Origin: Balanoglossus misakiensis
Taxonomy: Eukaryota > Animalia > Hemichordata
Direction: 5' to 3'
DNA length: 64,000 nucleotides
Assembly: GCA_040954595.2 (NCBI GenBank)
Contig: CM082582.2
Coordinates: 992,001-1,056,000, forward strand
The position numbers and the translations under genes were made by a program. The notes below the pieces were generated by a model, which was given only the letters and a program-made list of their open reading frames with translations, made no database searches and was not told the origin of the DNA. The first letter of the stretch is position 1, and each line of letters begins with the position of its first letter. Shown here in pieces: positions 26,085 through 40,218 of this stretch.

Positions 26085-26245
26085 TATCTCGTGCGCACGA
26101 CTTACGTGTGCATGTGATATTTTCTCGTGAACACGAGTGCGCTCGCAATTTTCTCGTGCGCACGAGATATGCACGAGATAGCATGTTTCTCGTGCACACG
26201 AGAAAACATCTCGCTGGAACAAGATACTATCTCTTGCACAAGAAA
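26085..26245. repeat. Short element made of ctcgtgcgcacga palindromic motifs
   Basis: Repeated tcgtgcgcacga/tcgtgaacacgag motifs. Confidence 0.6.
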
Positions 26246-28749
26246 TAGAATAACTGGCAGCCACTATGATGTCTGCCACAGGCAAATTTAAATATTCCAC
26301 TCTGGATCTTCTTTCAGCCCTTCGGAAAACATGAGCATTTATGAAATCCGGCTCTCAATTTTTCGAGAAGTTCCAGCAGTTGTGGTGTCGCCAAAAACGA
26401 ATGTATGCCATTCCTGGCGGAAAAAAATATGCAAGAGACGCTTGCAATACACTGCCATCTACCTGACCGCCCTACATGCCTTAATGTAAGGTAGAAGGTC
26501 GGGCGGTAGGAAGAGTTCACCAAAAGAGGGCGCATTTTATCATCCATTGATTTATACTGTGTACGAGCAGAGAAGCCTCAGTGTTCGCGGTTAGAACCGT
26601 ATCGGTAAGACAAAGACAGAAGAGTTGACAGACAACAAACTTATTCAGTTTATATCATATAATTCTTACTGTAAAACGTTCCCTGAATAAAGCCTTGTGC
26701 TCATAAGAACATTGAAGATTGTCGCATACAGACCGACACCCTTTTATCTATTGTAGGTATTGAATAGAACGCTAAATACCTGTGTATTTCTTATTCATTA
26801 AGCAATGATGTAACACAACAAGTTTCGGACAGTGTGAAGAAAGGGCCAAAGCACTCTTGCAAGTTAGTGTTGTGTACTCTTTTCCAACACTGCTGCAAGC
26901 TGTTCAGCACCTGATGCTGCTTGTATCTCCGATGACAAATGGACAGTCTGTGTGCTGTCAAAGTAAATCCATCAATTTTGCGGAGCTGAAAGGAAAATGA
27001 CAGCTTGTCAAGCTCAAATCTGCCAGACGAAATAGGGAAAGAAATGCATAACAGGTAATCCACCATAGTATGAATTTTAGCCAGCATCCTATGAAATGCG
27101 GTGAAACGGAACTGCAATTAATTTTAAATAATTCTGCTCAAATTGTTTTGTTAGTTCTCAACATTGGATTGGAACCGTTAAATATATTGTACCGTATAAC
27201 ATTATCATACATGTTAGTATGTCAAATATTTTTCCATTTGGCATTTTCTTCTTGAGGTCATTTCAACAGTATGCACACCACAGTTTGTGAGATATGGACA
27301 GAAACAAACAGGAATCTATGCAATGTTATAATAGTATATTATTGTTAACAAGAAAGCGGCAACTCTCTGCCTGGCAGAGAATAATGATAGTCTTTTTGAA
27401 AAAAAGGGCGTGCTGAGGATATGGTCAGTCAAAAACATACATGTATAAGGTATGCCTGAACTAATTTTTAACATGGTGTACATAAATATTTATGCATTGT
27501 CACAATGACTGGAGGTCTTTAAATGACCAAGCTGTATGGACACCTCATTCAATGTTACATATATTTGTTATTACATGTTTATTGAAATTGCCAGTTGTCT
27601 GTTTTAATTCTGGCAGTTCTGCTGTGTCTTTTGTCTTGCCCTGACAGAATGCAGTAATATTTGCAGTACAAGAGGAGTGTCAGTAAATAGTGGAGCAATA
27701 TCTTTCTACGAATGTACTCATACATTGCTCCAAAGTGAAGTACATTCGCAAAACCAGTTTGGGAAATCGGGACTCTTTTCAAGATAATACCACATTTTTG
27801 TGGATGTCACATGACATGGAAACACTCTAGAATCACGATTGAGATAAGGTTTCGGTTTGATATACCACTTCCTTGTTATTTCAATCTGTATGTTTTCTTA
27901 ACCCCCTCCCTCGAAAAAAGGTAATTGAGGTAATTGTAAAATTACCTGAAAACAAACAGGCTACTCTAGCCTCCATTTTATGAGGTTTGTGATGTAACAT
28001 ATTTTGAATTTCGTGAATCGATCAAAAGTTTCCGTGCACTAACTATCAAAACTATACCAAAAAATAATTTGGGCAATTCATAAGGGGAATCTAGTGGGTC
28101 AGCGGCTATAGAACTGACGTAAGTGTAAGTATCAGAGGATTGTGGGTACGAGGCTGGGAAGAGCAAAACTCGAACACTCATGAAATCTACACGTGACGCC
28201 AAATTCTTTGTAATATGAACAGTGGAAAACTGCCATGCCATCCCTCTAAGTGCAAACTTCCAAAGATTTCAATCTGGTGATATTTAAAAAAAAATATTTT
28301 ATTCAAATTCATGTGGTGATATTTAAAAAAAAATATTTTATTCAAATTCATGTTATAAATTAAACTTGCATCTATGATATAGAAATGACTCTGTCTTATA
28401 TAACAAAAATACAAATAACTTGGTTAGATGACCAAAGATTTCCCATCTCGAAAAGTTTCTACCAAAATGACTAACTCCAAATCTGCTAAGAGAGCCCTAG
28501 CAAATGTAATCACTGCACATTACTCTCGATAAAACGAAATATTGCGCATTCATTTTGTCCTTGAATTGAAATGCATGGCCAGTGTTCATAGACTTCACAC
28601 ACACAGGATGTTTAAGGAGTTGAATTGTTATTGACAGCGACCAGGTCGGTAGATTCTATAGGATGAAGAAAAAATGAAAAGACAGTCAGTACATAGCTAA
28701 ATTCTCCTATACAAGGGCGTCTTCAATTGGTACAGTGACTGACTGAATG

Positions 28750-28800
28750 GATGAATGAATGAATGAATGAATGAATGAATGAATGAATGAATGAATGATG
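28750..28800 (+). repeat. (GAAT)n microsatellite
   Basis: Direct reading. Confidence 0.95.
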
Positions 28801-28880
28801 AACGGATGAGTCGTAATAATATGCTTCAATCATAGGGGCTTTGAAAATTATTAAAATAAAATAAAAAATAATGTACTCAC

Positions 28881-30838
28881 AACCGACATTTATACAGCAG
28901 ACAGCTCAAGAAACTCCTCCATGTGTACAATACTTTGCCAATTTAGTGACAACATCAGCTTGCAGAGCACGTGAGCACCGCTTTCGCCAGCCTGTGGTGC
29001 CCGCATATCTTTTTTGTTCAGCAGTAACATGCACGACACATGCAGAGACACAAACGTCCATGTTGCAAATTGTAGATGAAAGCATCAGCTGCGCTGGTTT
29101 TATGGTCAGCATCACTGGCTGTTACATGAAAACTGTTTGTCACATACCTTAACCAACATATACGTGTATCTGTATGGAAAGAAAGTAGGCTCACCCCCGG
29201 TACAGTATTATTTTTTTTGCATGCACGCAATGGCCTGAATTTGCTAAACTGGGATCATCTGCGCGCATTTCAAAACGTGCTCGTTGCTTAACTTCGCGTG
29301 CTTTACTACTCACAATTATTCCACTTGTGAACGAACACGTCACCCAATTTTACAGTGTAGCCATGTGGAAAACTGGTGACAAGGTAATATTTCATTCGAA
29401 GATCAACCTACGTTCAGAAAGTTTGCATTGTGGTGAATTCTCACTGCTCTCGCAATGCGGTCTGTGGCGCACTGCCGCAGACCGCATTACACGTAGAAAT
29501 AAATTCTGTACGTCACAGTTCGTAGGTCGCATAGGTCATGGAGTTAATCCATTATACATTGCGGCTTACAATTTCTCGTGACCCTCTTATCATGCAGCTT
29601 GTGTGTTACTGACCACTGACGCATGTCAAAACACTCAATATTTTTTTTAAATTTGCAAAATCTTTCATTTTAAAGTTGTGATACTCACTGCAGATAGCAT
29701 TCTTTTCAGTAGGAACTATTTCTGCTGCCATTTCAATATTGTCTGTATTCCATGTAAATATATTTCCTCCAATTGAACAGTCCCCCGCCACAGCTGCAAC
29801 CTCTTCTGCAGTCAGAACTTTTGACCACATGTATGTCATTTAGTCAAGACAATTTGGGAGAACTGTAGTTTAAAGCCTCCAAAGCTGCCACTTTTTGCAT
29901 TATTTTCATGATTTTATTTTCCAACTTAAATTGGTTCATCAAAATAAGCTTACTGATAGGTATACATAAACATCTTATCGATGCCCGATTGTGACTGCAT
30001 GTTGCAATTGGAACATGCTATGTATTAAAACGGTGCCTCACCGATTTAATCAGCCTTCATACAAACAATAGCAGCTAAGCAGCTATCGTGAAATGCGACG
30101 CCAAGTGATGACAAACCAATGCAAATGCAAGTAATATGGCTTAATGGTCACGGGTGAAGATTTTAGGGAATAGGGAATATACATATGAAGTATTTTACTC
30201 TGGAAAAAAATATGCCAATTTTAGCAGCTATAGGGTTTTTAAAGCGCGGGCGAAGTATGAACAGATGCAGTAAATATCGATACATTGTATTTTGGAGGTT
30301 TCTCATAACCATGATTGGTTGGCTAATTATGCGGCGTTTTCTAAATAAAAGGAACAATATTAATTTATTGTTGGGGCTCACCTCCGTTACCATCTTGCCG
30401 TCTCTGCTGAGTTTTGGCCTCTTCCAGCGGCACGTGTTTGTCCTTTAGGGCATGCTGTAAAATATTTAGAATAGCGCTGCCATTTGATCAAAGGATAAGC
30501 TGGCTTCGCGTGTTAGGGATGTGTGTCTGACGACTATGCCTCGAAGCAAAAGACACAGCCGACCCTGCCACGCAGATTCATTGTTGTGTCACACATTTTG
30601 GATCCAAGAAGAGAATATCAACCTTGACGTTGCGAAAATGACAAGAAACTTTCACTCATATAGGTTGTGTGATTACTTACCCGCAACTTGTTGGGAATTG
30701 CTGTCACCAGAGGTGCCCACAGCGTGAAAGCCAGAATGACTGCGACGCCTGCATTGGAGTTCGTCATGAATGGAAACATCGATGAACACGTTCGGTCTTC
30801 GATGAGGCTAGTGTCCACAGAATAGGCATTCTTTTATA
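28881..30838 (-). pseudogene. Decayed gene for a secreted protein: signal peptide, propeptide, truncated pentraxin domain, Cys-rich (WSC-like?) exon
   Basis: TATAAAAG at 30838-30831. Exon 30779-30681 MFPFMTNSNAGVAVILAFTLWAPLVTAIPNKLR|gtaagt. Exon 30454-30382 HALKDKHVPLEEAKTQQRRQDGNG. Pentraxin C-terminus YMWSKVLTAEEVAAVAGDCSIGGNIFTW ends at 29689|gtgagt. Exon 29169-28881 is 289 nt, frameshifted and contains stops. Confidence 0.7.
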
Positions 30839-31310
30839 ACGCAGCTGGGAGGTGGTAAATCCATTGTGATCACCATGCTATTAGTAGCCCAAGCAGTCAA
30901 ACTTTGCGAAAAATATATAAATATGGAAAAATATATCAATGGGATCAATAGTTATTAAGCACTTTTTAAAAACAAATGACACCGTAAGATCAATTATCTT
31001 GTTTTCCGCGACAAGTTTCAACATGGTATGTCAGCGCTACCAGTGAATAATATTATTAGAAACTATGACAGCTGTAACCGTGCGATTAATGATTTGATCA
31101 ATTTTAATCATATACTTGTAAATATTTGCGCGGGTGCTGGTTTAATAAACTGTGTTGATATATAGGTGGAAGACTGTTTAGTTTTCCAGTCAATTATGTG
31201 ATGTATTACGCCTGACGCTTAAATGATTTGGTCCAGGGAGAATAACCGCGTTTGGCCGGTCAAGCGAACCCTGGATCTTGCAGGCTCTGCCCACTTTCCA
31301 ATCAACAACC

Positions 31311-31502
31311 ATTGAGCATGCGCAGTTGATACTTCACATTGTAAACAAGATGGCGTCGCTGTATATGCTTCTGGACCGCTGTCGCCCGACTATGTCGGCA
31401 AAGAAGAGACGAATTTAACCAAGCAACGCCATATCGGAAGATAGAATGATCGCGAGATGAAACCGGGATATCCAACGATTTGGCAGCCATGTTGATTGAT
31501 TG
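31311..31502 (+). promoter_or_regulatory. Candidate promoter/first exon, inverted paralog
   Basis: gagcatgcgcag, aagatggcg and a consensus donor ttg|gtaagt at 31503. Confidence 0.5.
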
Positions 31503-34500
31503 GTAAGTCGCCGAAGTAACTATTTGCCATTGATTTGTTTACCAGAAACGGTTTGCCTTTGGAACACATTTGACCTCACCGAAATTGATTTCAGAGTTTT
31601 TTCCCAAGAACTAATGACGTTCGTTTTCACCTTTCTGTCCCGAAGTTGCAAACGTGTTGTCTCTGAGAAAATAAATGTGATTTGTACCCGCGATAATCAT
31701 AGTTCGGATTTCAACCCACAACATCAACGCCAGCCATTCACCAACATGTGCCAGATAATGTTTATCAGTCATATTTTCTCAGTCTGAATTTACAAAAGAC
31801 TAATTGTATATTATGCACATTGCAATTTTAATATGTAACACGTTTGACCTGAGTTGGAGAATGGATTGAAGGGACACAAGCTTTTGTAGCCACTTATATT
31901 TTGACACTGTTTATATAAATGTTGAGCTGGCATATTTGTTCCCTTATGATGTAGTGTACCTGTTGCATTGAAATGAAGCTGTAATATTAAAGTGCAATTT
32001 AGTCCTTTGGTTTACTGGGAAAATGAGGTCGATAAATGACAGGTTTATTTAGATATATGATATACTTCTCACAAGCACGTATGCATATGTATGAGATACT
32101 TATTTATTTTTAATTTATGTATTTATTTTTAATTTATTTTGTATGTTCAGGTAATCATATGGATTTGTATGGAATCACATACACATTAATTAAAGACTAT
32201 CATATCACAGAAGTCGAGCCTCCACATGTGTAAGGTAACCATTTAGGTTTCATGACTAAGTTTGTTTAAGAATTCATAAAGCACGAATTCTACCTAATGA
32301 ATGAATTTTCTTAGAATTTCACAAATGTGACAGGGTTTGCAGTTATGCGAAAAAGTGTTATTATTCACATACGAAACTTTTCGTATACATTTTTCTGATG
32401 GCAATGCATTTAACTTTGAACAAATATTGACGTCAGTTAGTAGTGCTATTTTGTCAGTGAAATTGCTTCATCATCATCCCTCCAACCAAAGTTGAAACTG
32501 GGTTGCAAATATTGCACAGCTTGAAATCATAAAATGTCGCAAAATTGAACCAACCATTCGGTCAACGATTATGTTCTTACAGCTATTATTAGAAGCAGAC
32601 AGTCTCAGGGAACAAGATACATGGGCCTGATTTGCAAACTGAGTTGGAACTAACCTTGCCTGCCCATGGATGCGCCAATTCAGTGAATCTTATCGTATTA
32701 AAAATGAATATGGAGAACTATTCTCTGTGTTGTGATTGTTAGCCTACATGTATACATATGTACCTTGAGTGATTCCACTTTCTTCAGTGTCCTGTGAATT
32801 CAGTTGCCATAACTTGTGCTTCACACAGCGCATACATGTAGGTCTAATCTATTGGGCAACTGGGTCTTACAATATTATCTGATGCCTCTTACTGGCCGAA
32901 GGACCACAAGTTGCATTTTCACATCGCATATAAATAGAAAACCCATTAATTTCTACTGTATGATTTTATTGACGATTCAATAGTTTCATGACTGTTAGTG
33001 TTAATTACAATACCTAAATTCCCAAATGAAAGCATGCTGTCAGTTTTCATGTGATTGATATTAATTTTACAATTTCAAAATATGCTTAGCTCTGAATGAT
33101 TATGAACATATCAAACTTCATGTTAAATAAACTGTCTTGATATTGTATACATTAAGGCCTACTACCAGTGTCACAACATTGATTTCCTGCATTTTTGCTC
33201 ATGCCTTCTGACCAGTCAGTTGCCTCTGTATGTGTGTATGTAGTATGTATGGATGTATGTATGTCTGTCCACATCAAAAACTTGAAAACCCCTTCGCGTA
33301 TCCCCTTGATATTTGGTGTGTAGATGTAGGCCAGCCTGTAAATAGGATTTTGTTCATATTAAGAAGGTTGAAGTATTTTCATGATTGGTTTTATTTGATT
33401 ACTCCAGAAACATACAATACAGAGTCTGTGTGGTAAGTCTTGATATTGGGTTTTTAGATGCAGGCACGCCTGTTCAAATGAAATATGCTAATTACCTGGA
33501 GCAATGTGAAATTGATCAAAACTCAGAAACTCAACAACTGGTCAGATTGCTTTGAACATTTGTATGCATGTAGCTTATGTCACGCCTGATATACTTTCAG
33601 CTAATATCGTGAATTGTATCTAGAATTTAGTATGCTATTTCCTATAGGTAATCTTTGTTAGTATTGTTTAAATTGTGGCAAAATTTGTAATTTTTGGGAA
33701 ATATAATTTTGTCATTTTTGGTCAAAAATCATTTTCTCTGAAACTCCATGTCAGGTCAGGTTGCATTTAAATTTTGGTTTGCTTGTTCCATGAGGTAACC
33801 CAAGTAATGTTGTATATCATTTTGGTGAAATTTGCATATTTGTGGTCTTGAGGCAATTTTTGCAATTTGTATTCTTTGAAACCGCATGTCAAATTGCTTT
33901 CAATTTTGGTAGGCATGTTCCTTGTGGTGATTGAAGTGAGATATTGTTGGATTTGTTGATATCTGAATTTTTGTGGTTGAGGCAGTTTTTGTCATTGTTG
34001 AAGAAATGTTGTTTTCACTGAAAATACTCCGATTCCTGTGAAATTGTATTAGGTTACCTGGTAGGTCATATCTGCTTGGCAATGTCACAGCGGTGTACAC
34101 ACCTATTTTTGTGTAATCCAAAGTGTGTAATAAGCTAGCAAATATTTACTAGTAAATCATGTATGTTCTACTTCTTACAAGGTTGAAGTATGTTGATGTC
34201 TGGGTTAAATGGGATTCTTCAGAAACATACAATACAGAGTCTGTGGTACAGTTCATGGTCACATTCAGAATTACCTAGTCTATATCCAGCCGTGTTCTGT
34301 CCGCTTTGCTTCCAAAAGTATCGTCTAGTGTCATGCATGCCACTTGCCCAATAATCTGACACCCCTTGCTGGGAAATTTGATGTAACAAGTATCCCTTAG
34401 TGAAATTATTAACATAAATTGAACAATGTTGATTTGGCGTAAGATTATAGTGAAGGCAGGGCTTATTACATTGAAAATGCTATCCAGCCTTAATTACACA

Positions 34501-36747
34501 TTATGAATATCCTTTGTCCAATCATTGGAAAAACAATGTACCGTAGACTTGCATAGCACTTTGAAGGTGAATCGCAAGTGGTCACTTTAATTACATTACC
34601 TCAAGCAGTCTTTTACATGTAGCTATAATAAGACAAACATTCCCGGTGTAATTAACATCACTGTTGTTATTAGTATCTATCTCCGATAAGTATCAAGTCT
34701 GCCTTATGTTATTTTAAGTCAATTGTCAGGTTCATGTACATATTTTACAACTTATCTATCTTGTCAAAAACTTTCGCATGTACCTAATTCTAGGCTTACC
34801 AGTAGGGTTATAGATACAGTGTATTATATTAACATGCATTAATATGAAACTAAATGTTGATGGTTAATTAAAGACCCCCTTGAGCTATGGTAACCTCATT
34901 AAATATGTGCATATCTTATTCTAGTGGATGTGGTAACCTGGACATGGACAACTCTGGGGTCAAAATCTTTTGACAAACTTTTGGGTGATCTTGGGTAAAC
35001 TTTGACCTACATTCCTATATCTTGGCATCCGGCACAGATACATCCTTGACACTTGGAGTTATGGAACTATGTAATGGAATATTATGTCTTGCCTCATTAA
35101 TTATGTACATACCTAATGCCAGCCTAACCAATAGGGCTGGAAGTCTGCCTTTTTTGGACATGATACATTTGAGATCAACATTTTTCTACAGCAGCCAGCC
35201 TTCTCTTAAAAAGAATGGACAATATAAAGGCTTTGCTGGTATACTGAACTTTTGACTCCCTCCCTGAGACTGTGTGCCAATGACGGGATAGCCTACTCAG
35301 CGTTGGGTAGATCCTAAGAAGGCCTCAGCCAGGCATCAGATACAAAAAGCGGAAATCCAAGCTTTAATGGTGGGTTACATCGTTAACTTCCCTGCAGAGC
35401 TGATTTCTCAGACTGTGAGCCAATGACGGGTAAAGCCCCTAGGTAGGGGCCACCTAAGACAGGCCGGTCATGCTTTAGTCACAAAGAAGGGCAAGTTCAG
35501 TCATACCATAACTTTGTCTGCTGTATATGCTTCATAATGATTGCATGGTATTTTGAGAATACATTGTCTTAAGGCAGTGTGACCAGCTAAAAAGTACTGG
35601 CAAACACAGCCAATGTGTAATAAAAAACATCTAATTTGGCTGAATAAAAGACATAAAACACAGCAAAAGCACTGTGACTAGCTGAGACATAATACTCCAT
35701 TATGCATTTCCATCCCTCCAAGTGTCAAGGTTGCATCTGCTCTGGATGCCAAGATATAGTAATGTTGGTCAAGGTTTACCCAAAGTCACCCAAAGTTCTG
35801 TCAAACAATTTTGACCCCAATGTTGTCCATGTTTAGGTTTCTCCCTCCACTGGATAGCCTACAATTAGATATGCAAATATTTAATGACATTACCATAGAT
35901 TAAGGCGGTCCTAAATTAACCATGAAATTATAGTTTCATGTTAATTCTTGTTATTACAAAACACTGTATCTATAACCCTTCTGGAAGCCATACTTTGTTT
36001 CATGCTACCCAATATGTGAAAGTAGGTAAAAAATCAGCCAAGGTTATTTGAAATTTTGCTGAAAAAAATCCGGTCCCTGACATTTGGTAAAGGGGTCAAG
36101 ACACTTGGCAACAAATTGTTGTCCCAGATTAGAACATATTCATAAAAAACTCAGGGAAAGAAGGAAGTTTTTCACAGCTTTGGTGCTTCAAATAGTAGAG
36201 AGGTTCCCAAGTTATTTCAATGAAACCTTAATGTCAACATTACATCGTTAGACTCGAACTCATCTGGCATAAAGCTGCTAGTTAAAGCCCTAAGGGTTGT
36301 GCCACTTTTTCATTATTTTCATCTAAGATTTGTCAATCTAAATAAGCTTACTGCTAGGTATACATCTACATGAACATCTTGTTGACTGACGATTGTGGCT
36401 GTAATTTAAAGAAGTCAGATATTTAACAGGTACCACACCTGTTTAATCTGCCTCTATACAAAGGGTACACATCTATAGTGGTATGCATCACCTAGATATG
36501 ACAAACATAAGCACTACAAGTAATATGGCTTTATGGTGGCGATTTTGAAGGATGTGGAGAAGATTTGAAAAACACTCTTGAGGAAAAAGATGTGTTAAAT
36601 CTTTGAAATGTGTTTTATTCTTTGGTTCCCATTTCGTATATGTCTATCTACCACTGGGACCAATGTGAAATTGGTGGAAATTGGTCAAATTGCTTTAGAA
36701 ATTGGTGTGTATTCATTTTGAGACCTCATGGATTTTTTTTCATTTTT

Positions 36748-39093
36748 AGCTCACGTGAAAATCACGTGAGCTTATGGTTTAGCGATGTCTGTGTGTGTGT
36801 GTGTGTATGTATGTATGTGTGTGTGTGTCTGTCTGTATACCCGATATCTAAAGAACCGCTGAACCGATTTCAACCAAATTTAGTACACAGGTTCAGATAT
36901 CATATGGCAAGAACTGAAAAGGTTTTGGTGCGTGTGGCTTTGATATTAATGAAGTTATTTAAGTTTTAATTTTTCTATTACATGATTGTCTATGTGAGCT
37001 TTCGTTAATGCCGCATATATGACCAGTGGAAACGATAGTTTGAGGAGATCGACAGTTTGAGGGCGCTGTGAAATTAGACATTCCTGGCGATATTGCCGTG
37101 GTTCTGTCCATGCTCAGACGCTGTACCCGTCGTTACGAATAACTTCCCTACGTGAATCCACAAGGAAGCTAACGTTGTTTAGTTGCTTCATAGAGCGTAA
37201 ATTGTTAATCTACAGGACCGTCAGACGAATACTCTTTTCAAATGAAGTTTGAAACTACTTACGAGTAAGTTAGTGGAGACAATATGGCGGATAGTTGGCG
37301 TGCAGCCGAATCCGCGTTATGACTATGACGTGACCCATTCATCAAGACAAACCGTAAATGATTCACGCATATTGTGGTCCTCACGCAGTCAATCTCAAAA
37401 TGTCACCAGGCTTTCTATTTGTCTATTGTTCAGAGAAAAATAACGTGGCGGTTGATCACACTCAACAGTAAAATCCGTTTTGTGAGTTTATAGACAGTCT
37501 GTTATCGCCAATACTATATAGCGATTGCTAGATGGCTTACCCAATATGTGATCGAGCGAGAATGATAACATTGAATGTCTGTTCAGATCTCATTCCGTAC
37601 GTCATACGTCAACATTTCGATTTCGATTTAATCCATTCATAAAGAATTTAGAGAAAGTCGTCTTGAATTGTGACCCCGACTATCAATTTTACGATGATTT
37701 TTTGGCGACGGAATACACGAGACGCCATTGCATAACTACGTCAGCTGGACTTCCAAGGTTACCATTTTGTGTGTATGGAATCTTATCACAGAGACTACGT
37801 ACTTTGACAATATGCTTGGTATATCAATGACGCCCCAGAAAATTTGTCGAAAAATGAATTTGTCTTCTCATGGTGGTGCAATATATTTTAATGTCTATTT
37901 TGAGGTTGATTTTGGTTTTTGGCTAACATGTATATCAATGTCAGCTTATAGCATAAGTTGGTGTCCGTCGTCTATGTATGTCTGTATGTGTGCCTCATAC
38001 AGAATTATGTATTTTGCGAATGGATCAGTTTCGTCTAAATGTATTGATGTATGTATGTGTATGTCCATCAACATCAAAAACTTGAAACTACTGATATTTA
38101 GTGTGTACATAGAAATTGTTATTGCGAAAAAATGCATACTGGTATTAACTGGAAAAATGTTCAAGTAGTCAAAATTGAAAAACTTAATAACAGCGGATCA
38201 GATTCAGTTAAAAATTGGCGTGCATTGGTGTGCAAGTACTATGGGAAGACCTCGTATGATTTTGTTCAGGTGGAGTCAGTATCTGGCGTTTGCTATTTTT
38301 TATGAATTTTTGGGGGAATTTTCTGCAGTTTTGTTAAAAAAAATTCTTCTCTGAAATTACATGTCCAATTGATTGGAAACTTGGTATGGAGGTTCATAGG
38401 GCTTACCTGAATCACATTTGTGCAAACGGTGGTGAAATTTGCAAAAATGCATTTTTGGGCAATATTTCCTGTTTTTGTCAAAAAATCAAATCCCGTGAAA
38501 CTGTAAGTGCAATTGTTTTGATACTTTGTATTTGGGTTTCTAGGGGTGATCTCAGTCAAATATGATCAAATTGTAAAGAAATTTGCATAATTGTATTTTT
38601 TGGGAATTCTGCAGGGTTTGGCCAAATAGTCTTCAGTAAAACCACAAGTCCAATTGATTGGAAACTTTGAATGGGAAATCATATATGTGATATCAGTCAG
38701 ATTTGTCTGAATTACCTGTTGTTTGCCAAAATGTCTTCCTATTGAAACTTGTTAAAGAGGTTCTTAGGCATGAACAGAAATCAGATTTGTTGAAATCTGG
38801 TGAAATATTCATACTTTTTGGTATATTTCTTGCCATTTTTGATCAACGAGTTTTAGAATTCCATAGACTTATCTTTTTATGCAGTTCAGGATGGGGTACA
38901 TGACTCATAACCCCTTACAAAAATTGACAAGCCAACAATTCCACAAACATGTTTACATTTCACAATGGTGCAACACACAACCCTTACACCATAAACACTA
39001 TAAACCAAATTGGTTTAACACTGGTTTTTCTAATCTTGTTATTCTGTCAACCAATCACAGTACTGCACGTGAGCATATTCAGTTAATATCTGG
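36748..39093 (+). mobile_element. DINE-1/Helentron-associated non-autonomous element
   Basis: Starts tttt|agctcacgtg...cacgtgagct followed by a GT/GTAT microsatellite, and ends cacgtgagcatattcagttaatatctgg|ttt. Inserted in a T run; the empty site is in the other arm (~17800-17815). Confidence 0.8.
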
Positions 39094-40218
39094 TTTGAAG
39101 TATATTTTTGGGGTGATTTTGGTCAAATACTCAAAAACCTCTACTCACAGTTCTTTGAAATTTGGTTTGCAGGTTCCTAGGTGTGTTATCACGACATTTT
39201 AACAAATCCTATGATGGAAGTGTCAATATAGTTTTTGTGGACAATTTTTGCCATTTTTGTTTGATTGCTTTGCAGTTTTTTGTTTTGCAGTTTCCAGGGG
39301 ATTTTTTTACTGTGATATATCATAAATGTTCTGAAAATGAAAAAATTGTATTTTGGGGGCATAAAAAAATTCTCAGAAAGTGCATGGTTGATCACTTTAA
39401 AAGTTTAGTTGTGAGTTAATGATATGTGCTTCTTTAGAATGATAATTGAATCAAATCATAGCTGAATTAGTTTTTTTGTTTATTTTGTTTGATATTTTTT
39501 CCTTATACCTCAAAAATTGTTATTATAAAAGGGAAATTACCATTACATAGTTGTTTGCAATTAAGGAGGACCCCCTCCCCCACTGAAAATCGTATACACC
39601 TTGATCTCTCTATGTCTGTATTCATGTCTGTATGTATGTTTTACAAATGTATGCTCCCAATAAGAGTGAAATGATTTTTTTTATCGTAATACTTCTAAAG
39701 TGATTATTTCCTATGAGATATGCAGTCTTATTACCTAATCGTTTCTGAAATTCTACCTCATGCTGTGTATGAAAAGTCTAATATATGTCATTGTCAAGAT
39801 CCCCAAAACAGGCTGATATAGTATCACATAACATTTGATAAAAGTATCCCAAACAGTGTGGCAATTTTGGTATACAGAAAAAAACACTAGAATGACAACA
39901 GCTACATGTATGTAGGCTAGCAATAGGAACACAGATAACAATTCTCCATATTCATTTTTAAATACGATAAGATTCGCTGAAATTGGCACATCTGTGTGCA
40001 GGCAAAGTCAGTTCCAACTCGGCTTGCAAATCGGACCAATGTCTCTTGTTCGGTGAGACTGTATGGTTCTAGTAATAGCTGTAAGAACTTGATCATTGAC
40101 CAAACTCTTGGTTCAATTTTGCAACATTTTATGATTTCAAGCTGTACATATTTAACTCCGTTTCAACTATAGTTGGAGGGATAACATTGGAGCCATTTCA
40201 CTGACAAAATAGCGCTTA

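Noticed and set aside
26791-27117. 108-aa minus ORF as a further exon of the spacer gene
   Set aside because: No recognisable domain and no phase link could be established.
28955-29060. Selenoprotein-like reading (CYC*TKKIC...CSAS*CCH) with in-frame TGA codons
   Set aside because: The frame ends in TAA and the exon length (289 nt) implies a frameshift. No SECIS was recognised, so a pseudogene is the simpler explanation.
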